Shown piece by piece: positions 11,442-22,299 of a stretch of DNA of 64,000 bases. Below the pieces are notes generated by a model. It was given only the letters and a program-made list of their open reading frames with translations, was not told the origin of the DNA and did not search any database. Source of the stretch: Histomonas meleagridis 2922-C6/04-290x (Eukaryota; Protista; Parabasalia); assembly GCA_020184695.1 (NCBI GenBank), contig JAANOX010000142.1, positions 469,637 to 533,636 of the forward strand, read 5' to 3'. Within the stretch, counting starts at the first letter, position 1. Each line of letters opens with the position of its first letter. The position numbers and the translations under genes were made by a program.

Positions 11442-11672
11442 CTACCACCAATAATTTGTTTCAAACTGCATCCTTCGAGTTGCTACATTACTTCCATCTA
11501 AAAAATCTGGAATCTTTGTTAAAATGTAATTATTTTTGAAGCAATTTTTTTTGATTTCTTCATCAAACCTTTGGTGATTTGGATCATTTTTGTTGGAAAT
11601 TTTTCCATAATTTGTCTTGAAGGTGAATATTAAATTTTCTTCATTACCATTTAATTGATGATTTCCAATCAA
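11442..11672 (-). pseudogene. Possible PD-(D/E)xK/DUF559-like endonuclease remnant
   Basis: HQRFDEEIKKNCFKNNYILTKIP resembles the D..K...C..N...L..IP C-terminal pattern of such nucleases; short and lacks an ATG. Confidence 0.3.
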
Positions 11673-11893
11673 ATTAGTATTTTTTATATTTTTAAATAAA
11701 TAGGGAAATTTATTTGTACGATTGCCCAGAGCGTTGTCAATTTTTGTTCGACCGATTTTCTATCGTTTTTCATAACAAACGGGTATTTGACACCCTTTGT
11801 AATAACGGTTCACAAATAAACCGAAATTCTGACTGAATATCAAAAAATTTGCTTTGAAATTTGAGCACTTTTGTTCATTTTTTATCAACAATA

Positions 11894-12898
11894 ATGGATG
11901 AAATTGCTTTTTTGAAGTTTCCAAAGATATATGAAAATACTGGAGAATTTAAGGCTCCGAAGAAAATCGAATGGATTGCAACAGAAAAAATTGATGGAAG
12001 TAATTTCAGCGTTTATAGTGACGGAAAGAAAGTAAAGTTTGCAAAAAGAACTGGCTTTATTAAAGAAGATGATTGGTTTTATAACTATCAAATTATAGCT
12101 CTTGATCTTTCGAAAAAAGCTAAAAAAGTATATGAAAATTTAAACTCGGCTAAACTTTCTCCAAAACAATTGAAATACATTGTAATATATGGAGAGTTAT
12201 GTGGTGGGTGGTATCCTTCTGATGAAAATTGGACGGGTCCAGTTCCTTCTAGAGTCAATGTAAAAGGACATGTAATAGTTCCACTTGAACAACGCGCAGT
12301 CCAAGAAGGCGTTTATTATTCCGACAAAATCCAGCTTATAGTTTTTGATATTGTTTGGGTTGATCAAAATAATAAATTTCAATATCTTGAATATGACTCC
12401 ATGTCTTCATGTGCAAAAGAAGTTGGTCTTTACTTCACTCCACCTTTAGCTCGTGCCTCACTTCCAAAACTTTTGGATTATTCTCTTGAATTTGATTCAA
12501 CTATTCCACCTATGTTTGGACTCCCTCGTATTCATAACAACACTGCTGAAGGAATCGTTATCAGACCTGCATCGTGGCCTGGTCCTGGTCAGGACAGACC
12601 TATGCTCAAGCGCAAAAATAAACGGTTTCATCAATTTTCAGGCGATTTTGATCATCATGCAGTGAAAACAAATCCTTTCTTTGTTGCAACATGCATGATC
12701 AACCAGAATAGATTAAATGGTGTGATATCTAAGGTAGGTGCTAAAGCCGAAAAATCTGTTATTTTGGAAGAATTAGTGCAAGATGTATGGGAATCAATTT
12801 GGGAATTAGGAATACCAGTACAGAATTATGAAGAAGTAGATGCACACATAAGAAAGATTTCAGAATCGATTGTACAGGAATTTATTGATGAACTTTAA
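11894..12898 (+). CDS. ATP-dependent RNA ligase, T4 Rnl2/REL family
   Basis: Motif I TEKIDGSNF, Ia FAKRTG, III YGELCGG, IIIa VFDI, IV EGIVIRP, V LKRKN, plus Rnl2 C-domain INQNRLNGVISKVG...VQDV. First ATG 11894 follows a TCATTT Inr. Confidence 0.9.
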   Translation: MDEIAFLKFPKIYENTGEFKAPKKIEWIATEKIDGSNFSVYSDGKKVKFAKRTGFIKEDDWFYNYQIIALDLSKKAKKVYENLNSAKLSPKQLKYIVIYGELCGGWYPSDENWTGPVPSRVNVKGHVIVPLEQRAVQEGVYYSDKIQLIVFDIVWVDQNNKFQYLEYDSMSSCAKEVGLYFTPPLARASLPKLLDYSLEFDSTIPPMFGLPRIHNNTAEGIVIRPASWPGPGQDRPMLKRKNKRFHQFSGDFDHHAVKTNPFFVATCMINQNRLNGVISKVGAKAEKSVILEELVQDVWESIWELGIPVQNYEEVDAHIRKISESIVQEFIDEL

Positions 12899-13735
12899 AA
12901 TAATTTTTTTTCTTAATTTTTTAACGAATAGAAATTATTGAAATTTGTCTTTAAATAATATCATATAATAGAATTAGTTGACTTAAATGTGATAATTTAT
13001 TTGCTTACAATTCTTTAAAGTTTTAGCAATCAATGCCAAATCATACGATGTTTTTCAAATGGATACTAACCACCTTTGTAAACTGACCAAAGGCTTATTT
13101 TGTTGGTAATAGTTGCTATTAGAGTGTGGTATGTGTACATCAAATTTCTAAAATTCTTGTTTATGTGAAGAGATCATGTACATGATTGATGAAATTGAGA
13201 ACTCTAACTCAATTTACATATGATTCCTATGTCAAAGCACTACTAATTCCAATAAAACATTTACATCAGAAATTTAAAAATTTACATAGACAATTTTTAG
13301 CGATGATTTTGAAATAATTAAATACATTATTAGGAAGTCCCAAAACCCAACGCAAATTAAAAAGCAATAAAGTCATTTGAACTCAAGAACAAGCACATAG
13401 AGAAGATTTACAGTTAATATAATACTATTATGCATCATCACAATTCAACAACTCTTTCAAGCTTATTCCATCTATTTCCTCATTAAGTTTTTTTCTTCTT
13501 CTTCGATTTCTTACTTTGTTAATTTTCCACAATCATATCCTATAGCTTGACTTATTATATAAACTGTACCGGAGAATTCATCTAATGAAACTGAATGCAA
13601 TTCATTTAAAGTGATTTAAGTTTTAACATTCTTGAGTCTTTACACGCAGTAAACAAAAAAGTATATCTAAGTATTCGTAACTCCTGTGAAGAACAACCTT
13701 TCCATATTAATTGACAACAACAATTATACCTGCCC

Positions 13736-13758
13736 ATATATATATATATATATATATA
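13736..13758. repeat. (AT)n microsatellite
   Basis: Direct reading. Confidence 0.9.
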
Positions 13759-14348
13759 AAACGCCAGAATCTTCAAAATGATTTATTAAATATTCTTCAA
13801 TTTTTGTAAAATTCGAATCTTTTACTTTGTACTTCTCAAGGATTGCGTTTGCAGAATTTATAATCTTACTTGGTGGTACCATTTCCAAATAAATTTCTTG
13901 AGGTTTTGTGTTTCATTTTTTTGATAATGATTTAATCTTCTTCGTTAAATTGCCAAAAAACAAGACTTTTAAACCCATGATTGGCAAGAAGATGCCTTTT
14001 AACAGATTTTTTTTTTTTAAATTTTGGAATTATTAATAATATTCCAAGTATATTTCAAGTAATATCATATAAATATATGCAAACAAGTTGAGACTAAGAT
14101 AAAATGACTTTTTAAAATTTTCATTTAGTCACTTTCAATTTAAATTTGCGCACGATGTAACGCTTTTTAAAAGCAAAACTATCATATAAGCAACAAAGAA
14201 AAGATTTAAAAGAATTTTACTTGGAGTGTACTTCATATAATATCTTGAACAATGTTTCGTCCAACATAAAATTTTATGTCGTAAAATTATTTACTAAAAA
14301 AACAAAATCGATAATTTCATTTATTAATTACAAACAAATATTTTTATT

Positions 14349-17141
14349 TTAAGGCAAATTTGCTTTTGCTTTTGTTTTTGGCTTAGCGATTTTCGCGACT
14401 TCTTTTCTTTGTCCATCAGCCAACAGCGGTGATGGAGCACGTGCATTTTTCCCGAATAATTTATCCATTTTCAAGTCAGTTGCATGCGCTTCTTTTATCG
14501 AATTATTAATTTTTCTTTGTAATTCGTTTTTCTTATCGAGTAATTTTTTGATTAATTCTTTTTTCTCTTTACATTTTGTACATTCTTTGTTTTCCAAGTA
14601 AACAATTTCTTCTTCCAAAAATTTTGTTTCATCATTTAATTCGATTAATTTTTGTTCGATTTCTTTTTCTTCTTTTATTAGCTTAAATTTACTTTCTTCG
14701 ATTTTTTCGACAAATTTTTGTTCGATTTTATTAATTTTTTGTTCATGTTTCTTTTTTAAGTTTTCTAATTCCGTTTTATATGAATCCATTTTTTGTTGAT
14801 GCGTTTCTTTTAACTTTAAAATTTTTTCATTATTTTCATTGTTTAAATTTTCTTTCGTTTTATTAATTTCATTTTCTCTTTCGATTAACATTTTCGATTT
14901 AATTTTATTTGAGTTTTCTTTTTCATTTTTGATTTGATTTTCAAGTTCATTAATTTCTTTGTTATTTTGATCATTTAATTTTTGAAGTTTTATTTCTAAT
15001 TCATTTGTTTTCTGTTTTTCTTCATTAAGTTTTAATTCATATTTATTTCGAATCTCTTTTTCATATTGTTCAATTTCTTCAATATATTTATTTTGTAATA
15101 TTTCGAACTTTTCGTTTTTGTTTTCTTTCTTTTTTAGTTCTTCGATTCGTTTGTTTTGTATATTTATATGTCGCGTTAATTGATTCTTTCGTTGTATTAA
15201 TTGTAAATCAGTTTTATTTAATTGCTTTAAGTTAATTTCACATTGGTTTTGTATTTGTGTTATTTTCTTTTCATAATTTTCTTTCGTTTCATTAATAGTT
15301 TTTTCAATTGATTTAATTTCTTCTAAAAATTTTTTTATTCGTTTTTCAACTTCTTCTTTTTGTTTCATAATTCTTTCGATTATATCATTCAGATTTCTAT
15401 TTTCATCTTCTTCTTTAGAGATTTGATGTATATCTTCAAGAAGTTTAGAATCTGTTTCACCTATAAACAAATTAAGTTTTTCATCTTTCTTCTTTTTGAT
15501 TATTTTTAATTCTTCTAAAAGTTTTAAGTTTCGTTTTTTACATTCATCAATTTGTCTTGTTAAAGATTCCATTATATTACGATGTGTTTCATCTTCTTTT
15601 CTTTCTTCTTCATTTTGATATTTTTTATTAATTTTATTTTGTTGCGAATTTTCTTCAATTTGTTCATTAATTTCATTTTTCAATTTCATTATTTCTTCGA
15701 TTTGAAATTTCGTTTTTTGTTTATTTAATTCTGTTAATTTTCGTTGCTGCTCATAAAATTGTAACATAATTTCATTGATTTCTTCAACTTTACTTTTAAG
15801 ATTTTCTTCATTATGTTGAAGTGCTTCACCAACTTCAAGTTGTTTCTTATGATGTAATTCTTCTAAATCTTTATCACGTTCATTTTGGATATTTATTAAT
15901 TTATTTTTTGCTTCTTTTAATGATTTTATTTTTGCGTCAATTTCTTTTTGATTTTCTTTATTTAATATATCAATTTCACAATTTAATTGTTCATTTATAT
16001 CTTTTTCTTTACTTTGAAACTCTAAAAATTGTTTGTTTCGAATGTTTTCTTGTTCTTTTATATTATGATTCACTTCATTAAATTTTGTTTCATAATATGA
16101 TGAAAGTGTTGAAGCATTTTCATCAAGAATTCGTTGCGTTTCTTGTTCTTCTTTAAGTAATTGTTCATTTAATTGTTTCAAATTTTCCTTTAACATTTCT
16201 TCGTTTTCTTTTTTAGTTTTTTCGAATTCCATTTGTAATTGTTCTATTTCTTTATCCATATTTTGGAGTTTTATATCATTACTTCGATATGTTTCATTTA
16301 ATGTTTCAATCGACTTTCGATGCGTTTTAAAAAATGATTCTTCATGATTACGTAATCGAAGTGGTGATTCATTACGTATTTCAACAATCGAATGTTTAAG
16401 TGATTCATTTTGATGAAGAAGTGTTTCAACTTGTTTACTAGCAAGCGATTTCTTCTCACGGTATTCGATGGTAACTTTTTCATGTTCAATTGCTGTGCGT
16501 TGATTTTCTTCGTCAATTTCTTCTTGTTGATGTTTATTAAGTTCATGTTTCTCATGGACAATTTGTTGTAGCCGTTGGTTTTCAGTGGAATTTCTTTCGT
16601 CAAGAAGTTTGAGTTGTTGTGTAAAATTTGCATATAGTTCAGTTACTTTGGAAGAAAGATCTTTTTCAAGTTTCGCAAAAGTTTCATTTTGATGTGATAG
16701 CAATGAGTTCTCTTCAGTGGCATATTCTGAGTTTTGGTTTTGAAGCTTAGATTTGTTTTCTTGCTTGATTTTTTCTTCGATTTTATCGTATTTATTTTGT
16801 TGCTTTTGTAGTTTTTCTTCAAAACTTTCTTGAAACTTATCAACAAGCGTGAAGGCTTCTTCAACTTTGGCTCCTAATTTGGATATCTCTGAATTTATTT
16901 TATCCATGAAATTTAATTCCTTTTCTTCTTTCATTACATTAAAATTTTGAATGCTTTTAAGTATGTTGTCACTATCATCAGCTTTATGTGAGACAGCGGT
17001 AATTACAGATGATAATATTGATGCAGAAATATCAAAAATTTCTGAAATATCATTAGTGGATTTGATCGAATTATCTCTTAGATTCTGCGCCATTTCACGC
17101 ATTTGAGCGCATTCATCTGAGAGATTTTGGATTGGATTCAT
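14349..17141 (-). CDS. Long coiled-coil protein 930 aa
   Basis: Uninterrupted ORF, E/K/Q/N-rich heptad-like composition. Confidence 0.85.
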   Translation of the reverse strand: MNPIQNLSDECAQMREMAQNLRDNSIKSTNDISEIFDISASILSSVITAVSHKADDSDNILKSIQNFNVMKEEKELNFMDKINSEISKLGAKVEEAFTLVDKFQESFEEKLQKQQNKYDKIEEKIKQENKSKLQNQNSEYATEENSLLSHQNETFAKLEKDLSSKVTELYANFTQQLKLLDERNSTENQRLQQIVHEKHELNKHQQEEIDEENQRTAIEHEKVTIEYREKKSLASKQVETLLHQNESLKHSIVEIRNESPLRLRNHEESFFKTHRKSIETLNETYRSNDIKLQNMDKEIEQLQMEFEKTKKENEEMLKENLKQLNEQLLKEEQETQRILDENASTLSSYYETKFNEVNHNIKEQENIRNKQFLEFQSKEKDINEQLNCEIDILNKENQKEIDAKIKSLKEAKNKLINIQNERDKDLEELHHKKQLEVGEALQHNEENLKSKVEEINEIMLQFYEQQRKLTELNKQKTKFQIEEIMKLKNEINEQIEENSQQNKINKKYQNEEERKEDETHRNIMESLTRQIDECKKRNLKLLEELKIIKKKKDEKLNLFIGETDSKLLEDIHQISKEEDENRNLNDIIERIMKQKEEVEKRIKKFLEEIKSIEKTINETKENYEKKITQIQNQCEINLKQLNKTDLQLIQRKNQLTRHINIQNKRIEELKKKENKNEKFEILQNKYIEEIEQYEKEIRNKYELKLNEEKQKTNELEIKLQKLNDQNNKEINELENQIKNEKENSNKIKSKMLIERENEINKTKENLNNENNEKILKLKETHQQKMDSYKTELENLKKKHEQKINKIEQKFVEKIEESKFKLIKEEKEIEQKLIELNDETKFLEEEIVYLENKECTKCKEKKELIKKLLDKKNELQRKINNSIKEAHATDLKMDKLFGKNARAPSPLLADGQRKEVAKIAKPKTKAKANLP

Positions 17142-17199
17142 AACATTTTTAGGTAACGAATTTGGGGTACACTAAATGAACTTTACATAAACAGAAAAC

Positions 17200-18196
17200 G
17201 AATATTATTCTAATTTCAATAATGGAATTCTTTATGGTAAAAACATAACAAATATTATTTTTTGTCCACCAATTTAGAAATTCAAACACAATATTCCATC
17301 TTCAGTAACTAAAATTGAAGATTATGGATTTGCTTATTGTGTTTTATTAGAATCAATTAATGTTGGTAAAAATGTTTCAACAATTGGTAAATGCGCATTT
17401 TATAATTGTTCCTCTTTAAGATCCATCAAAATATCAAATGAGAACAAACATTATTCCAATCTCAATGATGAGGTACTTTTTATAATAAAAACATAACAAC
17501 GATAATTTGTTGTCCATCAGGAACTTCAATATCAATTATAATATTCCATCTTCAGTAACTAAAATTGAAAGTTATGGACTCGGCTATTGTTATTTAATAG
17601 AAACAATTAACTTTAGTGATAATGTTGCAACAATTGGTAATTATTAATTTACAAAATGTACATCACTAAAAGAAACCACTATTCCAAAATTGGTAAGAGA
17701 ACCAAAGGGTATTTATTTTATTATAATAAATTGAAATCCATTAGATTAAGTAATGTATACAATATTCATTTTGTGGATGTACTTCAATGAAAGAAACCAC
17801 AATTCCTGACTCAGTTACATCAATGAATGTGTGTGTATTTTCTTCTTGTTGCAAGTTAGAAACAGTTAAAATAGGTAAAAATGTAACATCAATTGCAGAC
17901 AGAGTATTTGAACATTGTTTTCTTCTTTATTGTATATATTATAATGGAGAGACAAAACCAACATACGGTAATTATATATTCAATGGCGTACCTGCATCCC
18001 ATGTTATTGTGCTCACTTCTTATGGTGATTCAACTTTTTGTACACTTCCAATAACATTTGATCAAACATGTACATTACCAAGCAGCCAAAATAAAATATT
18101 TGTATACCTTTGGCAGTAATAATTATCGTTGGAGTTGTCTTTTTCGTAATTCGATCAAAAAAGAAGAAAGAACAATTTGAAACATTTGATGCATAA
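17200..18196 (+). pseudogene. BspA-like (TpLRR) surface protein pseudogene, 5'-truncated
   Basis: IPSSVTKIEDYGFAYC...IGKCAFYNCSSL repeats with in-frame stops and frameshifts; ends in TM (PLAVIIIVGVVFFVIRSKKKK) and TAA 18194-18196. Confidence 0.85.
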
Positions 18197-18574
18197 ACGC
18201 TACGTTTCAAATTTTTTAAAAAATTCATTTTATTATCAATAAATAATTGTGAGTTAAATAATATTATGCGTAATGTTAAAAGAATATTTTTTGTTAATTA
18301 TTTGTCTATAGTAATCTGTTAAAGATATTTTCTTTTTTAAAATGATTTCATAATATTTCCATATTAATATATATTTTTACTAAAAACAAATTGAATCCTT
18401 TTTTAATAACTTTTGTCAAAAAAACAATTTTAAAACGATAATTATAAATTTTGAGGCATTACTTATAATAATCAAAGATTTTATTGAAAATCTCATAAAA
18501 CAAATGAGAAAATCTTGTTTTCATGAAGAAAGTTCTTTTAAATGCATAAAACATCTCAAAAAAATAACCGCTCG

Positions 18575-18604
18575 TATCGTAATAACCGTTGATGGTCTTC
18601 CTTT
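18575..18604 (+). promoter_or_regulatory. Trichomonad-type core promoter: TATCGT, M3-like AACCGTTG, M5-like CCTTT
   Basis: TATCGT 18575-80, AACCGTTG 18584-91 (fits DRCSGYTD) and CCTTT 18600-04, ending 6 nt before the RPS17 ATG. Confidence 0.65.
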
Positions 18605-18610
18605 TTTCAA

Positions 18611-18994
18611 ATGGGTCGTATCAGGACAAAGACAACAAAGAGAGCTTCACGTCTCATAATAGAACGTTTTTACGGACAACTTAGCTTCGATTTTCAAGAC
18701 AACAAGCGCGTTTGTGACGAAGTTGCTACAATCCCATCAAAAAGAATGAGGAATAAGATCGCTGGTTATGTTACACATTTAATGCGCCGTCTTGAACGTG
18801 GTCCTGTTCGTGGTATTTCCTTTAAGCTCCAAGAAGAAGAACGTGAAAAACGTGATAATTGGATGCCAAAGATTTCTCAGCTTGAGCAACCAACCATCAG
18901 CGTCGACGCGGACACAAAAGCTATGCTTGCTGCAATTGGTCTCGACAATATGGAAGGTGTTGTCGTTAGAGAAAATAATCGCCGCCGCAAGTAA
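18611..18994 (+). CDS. RPS17: 40S ribosomal protein S17 (eS17)
   Basis: [21 protein letters not shown]...[41 protein letters not shown]. Confidence 0.98.
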   Translation: MGRIRTKTTKRASRLIIERFYGQLSFDFQDNKRVCDEVATIPSKRMRNKIAGYVTHLMRRLERGPVRGISFKLQEEEREKRDNWMPKISQLEQPTISVDADTKAMLAAIGLDNMEGVVVRENNRRRK

Positions 18995-19492
18995 ACAAAT
19001 TTGTTGAATTTTTATATTTGTTTTATCTTCTCTATCTAAGGTATTCAGGGTTCTTTTTTAATGAGGAATAAATTATGTTTAAAAAACGAGCTTGACACTT
19101 TTGTGTGCTGGCTATTTTTTCATTCTAACATACTAAGTTAATATTGACTTCATATGTGATACAAAAATTTTTGCAACAGTTTTCCCTGTGCGAATACAGC
19201 AGAGGGGTTGCAGCAGTGGTCTGAGGCTTCCCCTACTGAACCCATCTAAATTGCACATAATAAACTCACCATCCTGGAATGAATTCATAGGATTCCTCAT
19301 TGACCATGGTCCACATTTTATGACGACGGTTTATGTCTTTCAAAATGTAATTTTACAACCATTCAATTTGATCAAATAATAAAATTTATTGAACATTCAA
19401 AAGTTGCAACTGCAATTAACGATCGTATTTTATTCAAAATTCATTGTGTGTCATTTTGTATTTGTAATCAATATCTTTTCATGAAAAGTTCA

Positions 19493-21687
19493 ATGCTTAT
19501 TGCACCATATTTATTTTATATTTTCTTCTTCATTTGCAAAGGACTTTACGTTGAAGCATGCCTTAACAAAACAAATACAAATAGTGACGTATACCTCAAT
19601 TGGACATATTCTAAAAATCAATCTGAGTATTATAAAATTTTTCAAAGGCAAAGAGATGCAAATGGCAATTGGATGGATTGGTACCAAATTAGTGTACGTG
19701 AAGTGATACACCTTTGAATGTTTTAAATATATATCCAAGTCAAATTGATGGTGATAATGGTCAAAGGTCCAGATATACGTCATCATCCTACTATACTCGT
19801 GAAGTTGATTTTCAATTTGGTAGTGATCTAACATTTCATCATTTACCAAAATCAGCTTCACTCAAAGTTTGGATGGAAGGGGGTACAATAAAAGATGATG
19901 ATGAAGTCGCGTCGTTTAACCCTATTGGAGTTGACCCGAACACTAGTAAACAATTAATTTCTGTCACGTTAATGTCGATCAATGATTTCGAAGACAACGT
20001 TTCAAATGATCCAAGTTTTATATATGAATACGACGTAATATTTATTGGTTCATGGGATGCGAATTCATGTTACAATATTAAAACGGAAACAGCTAAAGGG
20101 ATACTTACTGAGTATATATCCAAAGGATATGGTGTTATTGCAGGTCATGATACAATTACACATGATTGGAATGTTAATGATACTGATGTTAGTTTACTTT
20201 CCATCAGAGAACTCTTTGGTATTACATCTCGTGGGACTGAAGATAATTACACATATCCTAACGGTACAATTGGAAATCCTGATTATCAAAATATTTTTTC
20301 CACAAACATTTTCTTGCGTAAGAAAGGACATATCACAAATTATCCATATCAAATAGGAAACATTGGAAATAATTTCGCAATTCGCCTTACACACACAACA
20401 TTCCATGCAACTATAGGCGATGTTTGGTTTTCTTTTGATAACATTGATGCTTATTTGGATGAATTTGGACTGCAACATAATTTTTATCTCACGACATACA
20501 AAAATACAGCTTTAATTCAAATAGGGCATAGTGATGGTGAAACAAATGAAATAGAACAGAAAATCCTTGCGAACACAATACTTTATATGAAACAAAGAAC
20601 TTCTAAATGTTCTGTGATTGATAATTCATTAATAGATTATGAGCCACCAATTATTCACAATTTGATATATTTTAATTCTACACTTCAAATTATATCAGAA
20701 GATATTGGAACAGAATATCAATATAAAGTTGAATCGTATGATATGTCAAATAATTTAGCATCCGTATCAAATGAAGTAAATCTAATGTATGCAACCGGAA
20801 TAGAATATTATAAATATATAATTACAACAACATTAAATGTATCAATTAACGATTTGACAGAAATTACATATGAGACTTTTATTCCAATCAAACCAGATGA
20901 AATACAAAATATAACATATGTTCATATTGTAGGCGTTGATTACAGTGGAAACATTGGAAATATTAAATCATTTGAAATATCGTCATTAATTACAACACAA
21001 ACATTTACAAAATCAAACACATTTACTAAAAGTAATACATTTACAAAATCAAACACATTCACTCAAAGTAACACATTAACTGAATCAAACACATTCACTA
21101 AAAGTAACACATTAACTGAATCAAATTCATTTACCCAAAGTAACACATTTACTGAATCAAATATAATAAATTCGTCACATTTAAATGAATTTTCATATTC
21201 TCTGACAATTACATTTTTATATTCTTTAACAATAACACAAACGATAACTTATGATTCATCGTATTTCCATACATATTCTCTTTCACAGATGGGATCAATA
21301 TTAAGTTATATTCAAACAAAACTTATTTCTTATTATTATTCATTTGTTGTATATACATTTTATCAAGTTTATTATAGTGATTATTTTACACTTATAAATT
21401 TACAAGAAAATTTAAATAATTTTAATAACAATAATAATCAAACGATAATAATTATAATAATAATTGTTTGCATAGTAATAATTATAATTATTATTATTGT
21501 TATAATTGTTTTTATGGTTCATAAAAGAAATCAAAAAGAATCAAATAAATCTTCCAACCTAAATGGTATTGAAGAAAAAGAACAAGAAAATCTTTTCGAG
21601 GCAGGAAACACATTTTCAGATATTGAAGAAGATCCATTTGCTGTTGATTTTGTTGAAAATAATAACATAAACAAGAAATGGATATAA
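19493..21687 (+). CDS. Type I surface protein A: signal peptide, bacterial-like ectodomain, TxSNTF stalk, TM, EEDPFAxDF tail; one frameshift near 19700
   Basis: The signal-like MLIAPYLFYIFFFICKG frame ends at 19717; the body continues in a shifted frame (SDTPLNVLNIYP...) to 21687. Confidence 0.75.
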
Positions 21688-22299
21688 AAACAACCATTTG
21701 CTTCGAATTAAAACATTTTTAAAAATAACTTAATATTAAGGATACTTTAAATTTTAATAATTTAGTAATATAAATTTAAATGTACATTATTATGCATAAT
21801 TATAAAGGAAGTATGAAAAAAACAATTTAAAGCCAAAAATTCAACCGCTTTTGATCGACCAATAAATTGAGAAGATAATCGGTTGTATATATGACGGCTT
21901 ACGATTAAATTGCATTTAATCGTAAACTTTTTCATAAAAAAGACAGTTTTTTTACAGGGAGGAAACTGTGAGAATATTAATATATGACAATTGTAAAATA
22001 ATACTGACAAATAATATTCTAGGATTAAATTCGTTTGCTTTAAGAAAATAAAAAATTTTGTTCTGATATATTAAAGTAAAAATAGAAGTACAACAATAAC
22101 ACTATTAAATGATTACGAAATTATTATTAAATAAACCTGTAATATAATATATAATATATTTCATTGCAACTTGACCAACATATAACAGAATAATTTGGTT
22201 AACTGAATATTTTATAACTGTGAGTTTTTATCAATTAAAAATACGCTTTCTCTGATGTTTGTATTCAAATGAGTATATACCATTATACACACTGAATTT

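Noticed and set aside
19180-19330. GC-richer patch downstream of RPS17 as a snoRNA or other ncRNA
   Set aside because: No convincing C/D or H/ACA box arrangement or tRNA fold was found by eye.
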